NCBI GenBank assembly: GCA_026770705.1
Contig: JANJGN010000026.1
Coordinates: forward strand, 30,008,001 to 30,072,000
Origin: Isurus oxyrinchus
Taxonomy: Eukaryota
Direction: 5' to 3'
Length of the DNA stretch: 64,000 nt
The notes beneath the pieces are model-generated. The model ran no database searches. It had not been told where the DNA came from and saw only the letters and a list, made by a program, of their open reading frames with translations. How positions within the stretch are numbered: position 1 is the first letter of the stretch; every line of letters begins with the position of its first letter. The translations under genes were made by a program, and so were the position numbers. This document shows, one piece after another, positions 14,601-27,979 of this stretch.

Positions 14601-15735
14601 AACCTTTTACCAGAGTCTTGATTGATTGTGTAGGACCCCTCCCTGACACTAAACGTGGAAATCAGTATTTATTAACAATAGTGGATGCACCTCTTATGTT
14701 TTCTGAAACGATATCTTTAAGAAATGTTACAACTAAGAAGATGGTGGAGGAGTTAATGAAATTGTTCACAAGATATGGCTTACCTAAAGAAATACAATCA
14801 GATCAGCGGTCAAATTTCATGTCGCAGCTGTTTAAGAAAGTAATGAACAGTTTGGGGATAAAACAATTTAAGTCAACAGCTTATCATCCGGAGCTTTGGA
14901 AATGTGGAATCAAATCTTAAAAATTGTGATAGGAGCATACTTTCTTGATTATGTACAGGATTGGGGTGCAGGAATTCCATATTTGTTATTTGCTATTAGA
15001 GACGTGCCTAACGCATCGACTGGTTTCAGCCCTTTTGAACTAGTTTGTGGTCATGAGGCAAGGGGACCACTGAAATTGATTCAGGAGGAATTGGTGGGTC
15101 ATAATTCAGAAACCTCTCTCCTGGATTACGTATAAAATTTCAGAGAAGATTAAACGGAGCATGTGAGTTGGCTCGGGAACATTAAAATATTTCATAGCAA
15201 GTGACGAAATTGAAAGCAGATATGAAGGCTAAAATTCACAGTTTTGCTTCTGGAGAGAAAATATTAGCTTTGTTCCCAGTTCAAAGTGATTCATTAAATG
15301 CAAGATTTTGTGGGCGTTACAGGATTAAAAAGAAATTCAGCAAAGTAAATTGTTTAATAAATATTTCAGATACACGAAAGGAGCAGAAGGTGTGCCATGC
15401 AAATATGCTTAAAAAGAACATTGACAGGGAAGAGGAACAAAAACAGCTGGATGATGAGAAAGAGGTAGAAGTGCAGAACTCTGAAAGTGATTTTCCTCTA
15501 ATCAAATCTTCCAACCAAGTGTCACAGTGGTTTGGAATATCAATTGCAGTCACACAAACCTATTTGTGGAAATAAGTTGTGGAAGGCACACATAGCTTCA
15601 CATAGTGTGTGTATATAAACATCATATTCAATAAGGCAACAACTTTTCAGATTAAGTCCGACAAAGTTTTCACAAGTGCAAAATGAAATTGATTTCATGC
15701 TTCAAAATGATATAATTGAGCCTAGTTGCAGTATT
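11688..15735 (+). mobile_element. Decayed Gmr1-like Ty3/gypsy LTR retrotransposon (5' LTR, tRNA-Pro-like PBS, gag, protease, integrase, start of RT)
   Basis: LTR end CATAACA then GGGGGCTC; integrase FTRVLIDCVGPLP...EIQSDQRSNF precedes the RT start RLSP...QNEIDFMLQNDIIEPSCS. Confidence 0.8.
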
Positions 15736-15909
15736 ATCCAAATGGTTGGTAACTTCAGAATGTTTCAGTGCAGAGGGATCTGTGTGTCCTCGTGCATGAA
15801 TCGCTGAAAGCTAGTAGGCAGATACAGTGGTATTGAATAGCAGGGCAGGCTCGAGGGGCTGAATTGTCTCCTCTTGCTCCTGGCTCTTATGTTCTTATGT
15901 TCTAATGTA

Positions 15910-17665
15910 AACAGCTCACTGGAGCAGGAGGGTCCTGAAATATCCTCATTCTTAATGATGGGGGAGGCCAGGACATCAGTGCAAAAAATAAGTCTGAACC
16001 ATTTGCTCCAACCTTCAGTCAGAAATGCCGAGTGGACGATCCATCTCGGCCTCCTCCAGACGTCCCCAGCATCAAAGTGGCCAGACTTCAGCCAATGTGA
16101 TATCGAGAAACAGCTGAAGGGAATGTATACTGCAAAGGCTGTGGCCCCTGACATTTTGCCAACAGTTCCAAAGACCTTTGCTCCACAGCTTGCCGCATCC
16201 CTTGCCAACCTGCTGCTGTGCAGCTAAAACACTGGCATCTGTCCAGAAACGAAGAAAATTGCCAGACAGGAATATTCCAGTCCGGCCATTTACCGCCTCA
16301 TCAGACCACTCTCGATCATCAGTAAAGTAACGGAAGGGTGCATCAACAGTACTGTCATGCAGCCCTTGCTTCTCAATAACCTGCTCACTGACACCGAGCT
16401 TGGTTTCCGCCAAGGCCACTCAGTTCCTGAAATTATTACAGCCTTGGCTCAGACATAGACAAAAGGGCTGAAATCTCAAGATGAGTTCGAAGTGACTGCC
16501 CTTCTCACCAAGACCGAATTTTACAGAGTGTGGCAACAAGGGGCCCTAGCAAAACTGGAGCCAAAGAGAATAACGGGGAAAACTCCAATGGTTGGAGTCA
16601 TGCCTAACACAAAGGAAAATGGTTGCGGTTGTTGGAGGTCAGTCATCCCAGCTCCAGGGCATCACTGCAGGAGTTCCTCAGAGTAGTGTCCTAGGCCCAA
16701 CCATTTGAGCTACTTCATCAATGATCTCCCGTCCATAATAACATCACAAGTAGAGATGTTCGCTGATGCTTGCACAATGTTCAGCACCATTCACGACTCC
16801 TCAGATACTGAAGCACTCCATGTCCATGGCCTGGACAACATCCAGGCTAGGCTGACCAATGCTGATGACTTGTCCTCCAGAAGTTACATTCACGGTACAC
16901 AAGTGCCAGGCAATGACCATCTCTAACAAGAGAGAGAGAGAGAGTAGCCAGCGTCCTTTGAAATTCAATATCATTACCATCGCTGAATCCCCCACTATCA
17001 ACATCCTGGGGGATTACCATTCACCAGAAACTGAACTGAACTAACCATATAAATACCAGTGGCAAAAAGAGCAATTCAGAGGCCGGGAATCCAGCGGCGA
17101 GTAACTCACCTCCAGACTCCACAAACCTGTCCACAATCTGCAAGGCATAAGTCAAGAGTGTGGTGGAATATTCTGCACTTGCCTGATTGAGTGCAGTTCC
17201 AACAGCGCTCAATCAGATTGACATCATTCAGGACCAAGAAGCCCGCTAGATTGGCACCCCATCCATAAACATTCACTCCCTCCCTCACCGACACAGCAGC
17301 AGCAGTGTGTACCATCTACAAGATGCGCTGCAGGAATTCACCAAGGTTCCTTAGACATCACCACTTAAATGCACGACCACTACCATCTAGAAGGGTAAGG
17401 GCAGCCAATAGATGGGAATACCACCACCTGGAAGTTTCCCTCCAGTTCACTCAGCATCCCGACTTGGAAATATATCTCCATTCTTTCACTGTCGCTGGCT
17501 CAAATTCCTGGAACTCCCTTCCTAAAAGCACTGTGGGTGTACCTAAACACAGGGACTGCAACGGTCCAAGAAGGCAGCTCACCACCTCCTCCTCAAGGAC
17601 AGTTAGGGATGGGAAATAGCTGCTGGTCGGGATAATGAAGCCCTCATTCCTTGAATTAATTAACA
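15910..17665 (+). mobile_element. CR1/L2-clade LINE RT fragment; copy at ~39115-40866
   Basis: GVPQ-like and FINDLPS...MFAD motifs, many stops. Confidence 0.8.
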
Positions 17666-17709
17666 TAAAAACAGTATTAAGTGCGCTTGGTATTTAACTA
17701 ATGTGCATA

Positions 17710-18890
17710 AGTTATTTGATGAGGTAACTGAGAGGTTTGATGAGGTGAATGCGGTTCATGTGACATACATCGACTTCGATTAAGTGCCACATAAAGCCTT
17801 GGCAAGAAAGTTAGAGCCCATGGAATACAAGGGACAGTAGGAGCATGGAAGCGATTTTATCTGAGCAGCAGGAAACATTTTGGTGAACGGCTGTTCTTCG
17901 GGCTGGAGGAAGGTATATAGTCGGATTCCCCAGGGATCGGTATTTGGGTCCTTACTTTTTCAATTTACATCAATGATCTAGACTTGAATTTACAGGGAAC
18001 AATTTCAAAATTTGTGGATTACACCAAATTTGGATCTATTGCCAAATATGAAGAAATAATGAGAAGCTTCAAAAGCACATAGACAGACTGTGAAACGGAC
18101 GGTCAAATGTCACGTGCAAGTTATTGCAGAAAAGGATGAACTGATTCATTTTAGTACTAAAAGCGAAAAGAAGCAAAACGAAATCATGGGTTCAATTGCA
18201 AAGGGGATGCAGGAGCAGAGGAGCCTTTGGGTCTATGTGCTTAAATAATTGAATAACGCAGGGCAGACTTAGAAAATGGCTACTAAATATGCAGCATGCG
18301 GGGCTTTATAAATAGGATATAGACAATACAAACAAGGAAATTACGATAAATCTGTGCAAAAGAATTGGCCTCAGCTGGAGTATTATGTCTCCTTTTGGCC
18401 ATCGCACTTTTGGATGGAAGTGAAGGCATGAAAGAGGGTGCAGAAAAGACTCATGGGAATGATCCCAGTGAAAATGAATTTCAGTTACATGGATGGCTGT
18501 TCTCTATCGAGAAGGGCAAATTAAGTGGAGATTTGATGGATTTGTTAGAGATGTGCAAAATTATGCGAGAAATGGACAATGTATATAAGGAAGGTTTGAG
18601 GATGAGAGGACTCCGATACAAGGCGATTAGTAAAAGGCACAATGGCGATATGATGGAAGTCTTTTGCCATGGACTGAGTAATTCACATCTGGAATGCACA
18701 GCCTGAGTGTGTGATGGCAGCAGATCCAATCGTGGTTTTCAATGGGGAATTAAATAATAACCTGAAGTGCAAAACATTGCAGAGCTGGAGAGAAAAGACG
18801 GATAGTAGGGCTGGGTGAGTTGCACGTGAAATGGGCTAGCACGGACACTACGGGGTGAATGGCATTTACTTGAGATATAACCATGCAATG
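17710..18890 (+). mobile_element. Old CR1 LINE RT fragment; copy at ~40911-42090
   Basis: Degenerate FDEVT, IPQGSV, IYINDLD, KFVDYTK motifs. Confidence 0.7.
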
Positions 18891-19967
18891 CTTCAGTGAT
18901 TTAATAATTCTATATACTTTCTACTTGAGAAACAACAAAATCCTTAAATGGGAACGAGGTGAGAAAATGGAAGAAATGAAGGAATGCTTCTAACAGAATA
19001 AATGGACAGGAAACACGAAATTTGGTCTTTCATGGTACGTGGGCGTCGCTAGCAAGGCCAGCGTTTGTTGCCTATCCCTAACTGCCCTTGAATTGAGTGG
19101 CTTGCTGGGCCATTTGAGAGGGAGGTTAAGAGTCAACCATATTGCTGTGGCTCTGCCCTGCCCTTGATTCAATGGTGGCCAATCATGGTTCTGTGACTGA
19201 TGGAAAGTGTTGTGGGGCCGTCGAATCCCAGGGGGAAACTTCGGTCGTCTCTGTGAGACACTCATTCAACATTCTTTGTGGTTCGTAACCTCTACAAAAG
19301 TGCAGCCGGTTATTAAGATAGAACGGCCCTAATTTAAGAGGGAGCACTGTTGAGGTACGCACGTTCTCACCCAGTGCAGCGCGGCCCGTGAACACATAGG
19401 GGCCTTTCCCAAATGCGGTAATTGTGGGAGATGCTGACCTCCAAGGAAAGGGCAATGGTGGAGTGAATCCAAACCCATACTCCCCTCAGCTGGGAACTGC
19501 CCGGTGTCTTGTACAAGAGGCTGCGGGTTCTCTTGAGCGGAGCGAATCTCTCAGCCGATTGTAGCCCGAATGCTGGAAATCACAGGAGATGGTGAAGGTT
19601 TATCAACTCAAACGAGGAAACACGGATTGAACGACAAAAGGGGAAGAAATGAATTTGCGGGTACCTGAGATAAAAGGCGGTAATGAATTCACCCTAAATT
19701 ATAAATCGGCGCATTATGATTTTTTCCAGCAAAAGGGAGATGAGAATGTGGAATAATTTCATGAACTAGATTTGAAGACAAATTGGACAGAAGATGGTTA
19801 AAAATTAAAAGGAGCGAAAAGGAAAAGCAGACTTAATGAGCTTAATCACTTTGTTCTGGTCTGTAAAATTGAAAGAGTCAATGAAACTGTATTCATGTAC
19901 AATATTTGTACTCCAAATTTCCATGCGCTTTTTTATCTCCATGTGTCTGTAATCACCGCCATGCTCA

Positions 19968-20241
19968 GGCTTTTGTACAGCTCTCTCCGTGCTCTTTATT
20001 ACTCTGTGGTGTGTCTGCAATCCCACCATGTTCAGGTTTTTGTACAGCTTTCTCTGTGCTCTGTATTACTGTGTGTCTATAATCCCACCATGTTAGGTTT
20101 TTGTACAGCTCTCTCCGTGCTCCGAATTAGTGTGTGTCTGCAATCCAATGTTAAGATTTGTACAGCGCCCTCCGGTTTCTGTATCACTGTGCACCATGTG
20201 CAGGTTTTTGTACGGCCCTCTCCCTGCTCTGTATCAATGTG
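19968..20241 (-). repeat. Tandem array of five 23-RSS units behind supporting V-delta A
   Basis: Heptamers at 20235, 20185, 20128, 20067, 20000, each 23 nt from a nonamer. Confidence 0.88.
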
Positions 20242-20547
20242 CTGTGCGCCGACTCAATGCACAGTAATACACAGCGGAGTCGCTCAGTTGTAGTTTGGAG
20301 ATCTTTATCCGGCTGATTTTCTCGGCAGGATCGTTAAAAGCAGAAATTCTTCCCTCGGCAGCATTTTCTTTATTCTCCTCTCCTGAAGCGCGCCTCTGAA
20401 GCAGATATTCCGGAACCTGTCCTGGGGACTGACGATACCAGTATGTTGCGTACTGACGGATACATGAATACTCACAGCTTAAAGTAACGGTGTCAGCGGC
20501 AGCAGAGTATTGTAAAGGCGGATTCTGGGATATCAGGAGACTGGAAT
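20242..20547 (-). CDS. STCRDV: Leaderless supporting TCR-delta V (copy A) with CDR1 Cys
   Basis: ...LSCEYSCIRQYATYWYRQSPGQ...AVYYCALSRRT; RSS CACATTG-23-ACAAAAACC. Confidence 0.88.
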
Positions 20548-22293
20548 CTGGAGGGTGAAAAATGGACATTATGTGTTTGTTTAGCTACTGCTGACATGGG
20601 AGATTTGTCAATCGCGCGAACAACTTTGTGTTATTTTTATCTTGATTTGATATCTGTTCTAACGCTGCTCATTGTTATTGAAATATGATCAACTGGGGAA
20701 TGAGGCGATATTTTCTCTTCCAGAGCGGAATTCCTCCGATCAGGACTTCACTATCTGAATGGGTTTTGGGAACAGATTCAATAGGAACTTTCAAACGGGT
20801 AATGGATCTGTTCTGAAACTGAAAAAATGCAGGAATATGGGGAATATGCATGAATGGTGGGAATAATTGGATTACACTTTTAAAGGAGCAGCATCTACAC
20901 GATGGGCCGGATGTCATCCTTCCGCTCTGTATGGTTCTATTATGTATATTAGGTTTGTGTTTATTTTCCCCGCTGAGAGACAAAGCTGAGGGAACTTCTT
21001 ATTAACAGTGAAACAGTCAGTTTCCAAAAACTATTTGTCTGACAGTGACCCAGATATAACGCATCACTGCGCACAGCACCGTCCAACAGAATGCGAATGC
21101 AATTCGTCAGCACCAATCGGGTCAAACAGATAGTGAATATCGATGGTGAAATGTCACCCATTAGCTGCAGTTTAACATTTCTCAGTAGCTTCCATCTGCT
21201 CTTGTGTCTATGAGTTTATTTTCTTCGATCAATCTATGTTTCTCCATTTCTCTTTAATTTGAAATATTTAGTTAGTTTCATGTTATTTCTATGTTTACTT
21301 TGCACTTTTTGTACTTCTTGCAATCGTGGGAACTTGTCCCAAACTCTCTCCATTGTCGTTTGGGTTCAGTCTGTTCAGTTTCCACGGTGGTTTTACTATT
21401 ATTCACTGGGAACTGCCTCTTCCGCCTCTCTGACAATTTCAATTCTTTCGCCTATTGACTGATTTTCTCCGCGTTCTCTGGGTGGAGTTTTGTCTAAGTT
21501 TTTCAATGTACTCCACCTGCAGGAGAGAGACCGGCCATTCGGCACAGTGAATTATGTTGTGGTTATACTTCATACCAGTCCCCCCAACCTGAAATCTAAC
21601 TGACCATTTCCATCCAGCTCCCTGTGCCGGCCTGTTCCATTCTCACTCCTGTATTTTCAGCCATCCCATAAATGCACCAATAATGTCTGCTCCAGCCACT
21701 CAATGGGCATCAAGTCCACATTCTGATGCATCTTAGCACACATTTTTCTTCTTAATGTCTTTGTTCTGTTAGTGACGATCTGAAATTAATGTTCTACTGA
21801 CCTGGACTCATCCACCAATATACAGCTGAAACCCATGCACTCCATTAAACCCGTTCATAATTTTAAAGATTTCTCTGAATTCTCTTCCCGGTTCTCCCTT
21901 TTCCAGAGAAAAGTAACCCAGTCTGTTCAATCTTTCCAGAGATATGTGCATTTTTGCTGATTTCTTTTCTCAGAAATTTAAGAAATCAATGCAAAGAATC
22001 TTACAATTAGAAGCAGGAATGGCCATAACAACATTCAAACCTATTCGGACGTTCAATAATATCGTGGCTGATTTTCGACGTAAGCATCACATTCCCATAT
22101 TCCTAGTTTATTTTAATAACCTAACATCTATGGAACACTCCCATTCATCCACTGAGTATCCGCAGCTCTCTGAGGTATTGAATGCAACAGGTTCAGAACA
22201 GTAGCCTGGAGAAATACCTTCAGTATCTGCCCTGTCAGCCCGTTGAGAATATGATATGTTCCAATGAGATCAGCTCACACTCCTCAAAACTAC

Positions 22294-23350
22294 TGTTGCA
22301 AAAGTACAATGAGTTTTATAATATTTTTTCTGGTTTATTATGCAGTATGTTAATGGAAGTAAGTATAGTTGGCTCTTTCTGTGTGATTTTATTGCATTTG
22401 GAGTCAAGTACGCTGCAAGCTTGAAATTATCAAAGGAACTATTTGTGTGGAAATATGCTTGAAATTTTAATATGTAAATGTGGATGCTGGCTTAGCATGT
22501 ACAGTGTAAAGGGAATTTGAGCTTCAAAGGTGTGACAGGCTGTATAAAATTAGCTAGATAAGCAAGGCTAAGGAGTTAGTTTTAATTTGTTCCTAAGGGA
22601 GCTGACACTATTGGCAACATGAAAGTTTTCATATTGTGAGGAAGATGCAGTTTTAAAGACATATGGGACAATAGAATTTACATATTAAAGAGAGAGAGAA
22701 ACATACATACGGGAGAATGAAAGGCAATGTGAGGAGAGGGCCATGTAAGATCTAACATGAGTCTGTGAAACAATCTTCATGAAGCCACCAGCCATTTTTG
22801 CATATGTTTGCTTTGTGATGTTAGTGATGTTGGGGAAGCCATTTGGAATGCCACTGTCAAGTGTGTGCTACGTTAGCTTGCTGGTTCTGTTTTAAATCAA
22901 AAATCTATTTAGACCGTTGCCTTAAAGGGGTGTATAACTGGGAGTCAAGTTAATTCAGAATTTTAGGAGTTGTTATACTAGTAAATACCTTGTCATCTCA
23001 TGTATGTGTTTGGAATATTTTATTTTGTGAATAAATATTCTAATTTAATTTCTTAAAAGTCTCTAAAGGTCTTGCTGGACTCATTACTTCAGAATCAATG
23101 CAAATATCAATTGCAAAACCGTTGTGACAGAGCGATGAAGTTTCCCTTCTGGATTTGACCCCCCTGGCACACATCACCTGGCATGTGATAATATTACAGG
23201 GGGCTCTTTGCGGAATGTTGGAAATTCCTTGATTAGTTCGGAGATGGGCAATCTTAAGGCTATGAGTGCCAGAGGAACATTGAATCCAGGAGTTCGTGTG
23301 GGGTTTTTAAAGTGGCCAGAGTGTAAAAGTGGCTGTATCCATGGCATACA
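22294..23350 (+). mobile_element. LTR with PBS-like GGGGGCTC and truncated internal region; copy at ~45664-46720
   Basis: TGTT start, 3' end similar to the LTR at 11688-12154; inserted relative to the homologous intron at 50640-51960. Confidence 0.55.
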
Positions 23351-24418
23351 TCATCTGACACGTCATAATACGAGGGAATATAGGCTGTCACTCCTTCATC
23401 TCTTCTCATAGGATAAACCATTTAACTCAGGAAGATGCATGATGAAACTTTGTTCGCTTCCTTCAACGCATATAGATCTTTTCTCATTTATGAATCTAAA
23501 ACTTTACACAGCACACAGACTGGAATCCGGTGCAGTCCTTTCCACACACAATATTTCTACCAATTGGTTTTTACTACCGAGGAGTACTGATTCATCAGCT
23601 CAGGTAGCAGTTCGTACATAGGTGGTAAGAAGCAGGAAGTTTCCTCCCTATGTTTGGGCTGGCGCCATGAGACGCATTGCGGTCTGGAGTTAATATTGAG
23701 GCTTCCCAGGGCAACTCCCTGCTCACTGTATATCACCGTGCAGCCACTTCTGGGTCTATCCGGCCGGTGGCACAGGACATACACAGGGATAGTGATGGTG
23801 CTGGATAAGACATTGTACATTATGATTCCGTGAGCTTGACTCTGCCAGGTTGTTGCTTGACAAACATGTGAGAAAGCTCTCCCAGTTTTCCCACATGCCT
23901 CCAGATGTTAGTAAGGGGGACATTGCAGGATGGACAGGCCTGGGTTTGCCATTCTCATTTCCGAAGCCTAAGCAGATTGCCGGTGGTGTGCCAAGTGATG
24001 TGGTCCATGTTCCATCCTTTTCTTTGAGACTTAGTAGCCATTTGATTCAAATGAGTAGCTTGCTCGGCCATCATTTCACCAAGTGCTTAAGAGTAAACCA
24101 CAACACTTTGTGTCCGACGTCATATGTAGTTTAGACCAGGTAAGAACAGTAGATTTCTTTCCATTAAGCAGAGTATGGTGCTGGGCAGCTCGAAACAATC
24201 GGCAGTAGTTTCATGATCACCATACTAAGAATAGCTTTTAACTCCTGGTGCTTGGATTCCACCAGCTGCTGCGGTGGGATTTGAACCAGGGTTAGCACAC
24301 AGAGGATTGACAGGGTGTTTGGGTTTCTAGTCTAATGATATTATCACGAGGCCACTCCTCCCCATGCAGATTATTTGCCTGGATATTTTGCAACACGTCG
24401 CGGTTTGGAGTCACTTAC

Positions 24419-24679
24419 CAGCTGTGACAGTCACCTCTGTCCCAGATCCGACTACGTAACCATCTTTCCAAACGGGACCACATGCATATTTATACTGAGC
24501 TTTGCAGTAATAGGTGGCCGTTAGAACCGAATCACAGAACAGGTTTAAGACCCCAGACAGTGTCTGTAATTGGGATGGACTCGGGCAGCTTTATCTTAAT
24601 TCCACACAATATCGTTTTGTTTGATTGGTAGCCACGGGGTAATCAGGCACACAGAGTAAAAAACAAACTAAATTCCCAT
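24419..24679 (-). pseudogene. Deleted relic of the germline-joined VDJ (ATYYCKAQYKYACGPVWKDGYVVGSGTEVTVTA, 24419-24521) plus dead leader (24636-24679)
   Basis: Colinear with 47789-48324 but lacks 276 bp including the splice acceptor; leader has TAG at codon 4 and a frameshift. Confidence 0.88.
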
Positions 24680-25584
24680 CCTTCTGCTTCCCTGAGCTAA
24701 TAGTTTGTATGACGAAGAGTAGGAGGTTGCAGCAATAAAAATAGAAAATGCTGGAAAATTTCAGCAATTCTGGCAGCGTCTGTGGCGAGAGTAACAGCGT
24801 TAACATTTCCAGTCGCTGTGCAGTGCTACTGTTGCTAGGCCAGCAACCTAGGGGCGCAGGGTAATATCCTGAGGTCCCGGTTTCGGGTTTAACCAAGGCA
24901 GATGGTGGAGTTTGAATTGAATAAAATTCTGGCATCAAACGTCTAATAGGATGACCATAGAACCATTCTCGATTGTTGTAAAAACCCATCAGGTTCACTA
25001 ATAGTTTTTAGGGAAGAAATTCTGCCAATCTTACCTGGTCTGGCCTACATATGACTCCAAGCCCACAGTAATGTTGTCTCTGAAATGCCCGGATCGCCAA
25101 TAAATACTGGCCTTGCCAGTAGCGCCCACATCCAAAGAATAAATAAAACGTGTTGCCAGAACTGCTGAGCTTTTTTTCCCCAGCATTTTCTGTTTTTATT
25201 TCAGGCTTCCAGTATCCGCAGTGTTTTGCTTAGGTATCGGAGAGTGCAGCTCTGGACTGCTCAGGGAGACTAGAACTCGGAGCTGGACTGAAATATTTTA
25301 GACAGTACAATTGATTTGCCGAAAACGGTGTCCCGCAGATCATTGATGAGCCGCCCCATTCCCATCTCTCTGGTTGCGTGTTTTCTGAACAAGTGACAGG
25401 TTTAAAAACTGAACCAGCAGGTTCATGTTGCTTCTTTCGGTCTGGAAGCCTGATCTGAAGTCCCCTCTCCCATTTGTCTGGTGTACCGTTGCTGGCGGGA
25501 TGGGGCGAGGGAGGTGGAATTGTTTCTATTAGGAAAGTCTGCCTTCCTCATTCTCCCACAACAATGAGATTTCAGGTGCGTCCA

Positions 25585-26960
25585 GGTGCCCTCTCCAGTG
25601 CAATCACATCCTTCCTATAATGTGGTGATCACAACTGCACGCAGAACGCCACTTGTGGCCTAATCAGCGTTTTATATACTTTCAGCATAACCTCCCTGCT
25701 CTTGTATTCTATGCTTCGGCAAATAAAGACATGCAACCGGTTTGCCTTGTGAAACACCTTATCGACCTGTCCCGCTACCTGAAGGCAATGTGGATATGCA
25801 CACCAAGGCCCCTCTGATCTTCATTAGTTTCCAGGACCCTGTCATTCATCATGTAGTCCCTTGTTTTATTAACCCTCCCCAAGTGCATTACCTCACACTT
25901 TGCCGGGTTGAATTCTATTTGCCACTGACCAGCCCATTGATATCCTTGCGCAGTTTACAGCTATCCTCCTCACTATTTATTGCCCTTCTAATTTTCTTGT
26001 CATCCCCGAAATTCTTGATCATACCCGCTATATTTAAGTCCAAATTATTTATGTACACTGCAAAGAGTAAGGGCACCAGCATCGAGCCCTACGGAAGCCC
26101 ACTGGAAACAGACTTCCAGTCACAGAAAAATCCCTCTACTATCACCCTCTGCTTCCTGCCTCTCAGCCAATTTTGGATCCAACTTGCCACTTTGCCTTGA
26201 GCCCCATAGGCTCTTACTTTCTCGACCAGTTTGCCATGAGGGGCCTTACCAAAAGCCTTGCCAATGTCCATGTTGACCACATCAAATGCATTGCCGTCAT
26301 CAGCACTCCTGGTTACCTCTTCAAAAAATTCGATCAAATTTTCCAAACGCAACCTTCCCTTGACAAATCCATGCCGACTATCCCTGATTAATCACTGTCT
26401 CACCAAGTGCAGATATATTCTATCCCTCAGAATTCTTCCTAGTAATTTCCCCACCACTGAGGCTAAACTGGCTGGCCTGTAGTTTCCTGGTTTAACCCTT
26501 CTTCCCTTTTATAATAGTGGGATAACGTTAGCAGTCACCCAGTCCTCTGGCACTTCACCTGTCAGGGCCACTGATACCTCTTCCCTTGCCTCTGTCAACG
26601 GCCTGGGGTACATCTCACCCAGGCCTGCCGATGTATTCACTTCTAAGGCCGCTAAACCCGCTATTACCTCTTCTGTCTCTACGTTAATTACCTCTAATAT
26701 TTCATTGTCCTCCAACCTCAACGTCCTTTTCCATTGTGAAGACCGACGCAAAGTATTCATTGGGGACTGTACCTAATGTCCTCCGGTCCATGCACATATT
26801 ACCTAGTTATTCTCTTGCTCTTCATACCTCCGTATTTTCTCTTTCCCTTCGGGTTTTCCTTTACTCTACCCACCAATGCTTTCTCGTGCACCCTCCCAGC
26901 TTTCCTAAGTTCCTTTTTAAGTACCCCCCTGCACTTTTTATACTTCTAAAATTTTATGCC
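25585..26960 (-). mobile_element. CR1-type LINE RT fragment (duplicate)
   Basis: As 2965-4350. Confidence 0.85.
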
Positions 26961-27546
26961 ACCTGGCCCTACAACAGGATCGCTTGCATTGGAAACCCTT
27001 TGTGTTGTGCTCCTGATTCCTTGTCTCTGCACTATGGAAAGGGCCGCTGCAGATGTCCAACTGGTGGTCGGCAGCACTTGGTTCATCTCCTGATAAATCG
27101 TTTCACATTGACCGTCTCAGGTAGAAAAATTGCGTCCAGGATAGAATTCTGTGTTCTTGATACTTTGGACACAGGGACAGTCAGAGTTGACACTGAAAGC
27201 GGAACTTAGAGTGGCGCCAACCTGTCCTCATTTATCAGGAGAGAGATAGAGAGAGAATCCAAGCTGCTCAAGGGAATACCTCTACTGATATCCCCATTAA
27301 ACAATGGTCTGGGTGGTGGCAACCTATTCCCACCCTCCAATCACCTGTTCCCTGAGGATGTCGCACATTCTTCTGCCAGGTTCATGGCTGGGCCGGAACA
27401 CAGCATTATATTCTGTGCCAGAATGTAAAGCCATAATGGGAAATATCCATTTTAGTGAGATTGAGGTAATACTGCGCACAATAATAAACAGACCATGAAC
27501 ATTAACCGGGACGATTTATATCAAAGCAGGGTTTAGAGCGTCTTAC

Positions 27547-27638
27547 CGTCTGCGACAGTCACCACCGTTCCGGATCCATCGACATATTTATAAACCAACC
27601 ACAGTGATGCAGCTTTCAATCATCCTGATACAAGAATT
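27547..27638 (-). other. NTCRJ: NAR-TCR J (27547-27599, LVYKYVDGSGTVVTVAD) with 23-RSS, cassette B
   Basis: AATTCTTGT-23-CACTGTG, GTAAGA donor. Confidence 0.88.
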
Positions 27639-27979
27639 ACCGGCTCTTCAATTTACCGCGGACGCATCACCTGATAGTCACCCTATTTTTCATTATTCCA
27701 GGGGGTTAGATCAATAACCAATATTTAGTGTTTCACAGCCTCCGTCGGTTCGAACTGTTCTTTGTGAGACTCCAAGCTCTTCGCAATTGGCCCAGGAACA
27801 CGTAGAAACTTCATAGAAACTGAGGAAAATGTCAAAGAAACATAACAAAAATAGAACATTAGAATGTAATGAAACTAAACTAAAGCGATGATAACATCAA
27901 TCCAACAATTTAACATCCGGGTCCGCAGCATATATATTTTAATTGTACAGATGTAAATGGTCGGGTCTCATTCATTGTG

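Noticed and set aside
18365-18706. ORF with apparent signal peptide (MASAGVLCLLLAIALL...)
   Set aside because: Lies within a decayed CR1 LINE fragment; alternative-frame artefact
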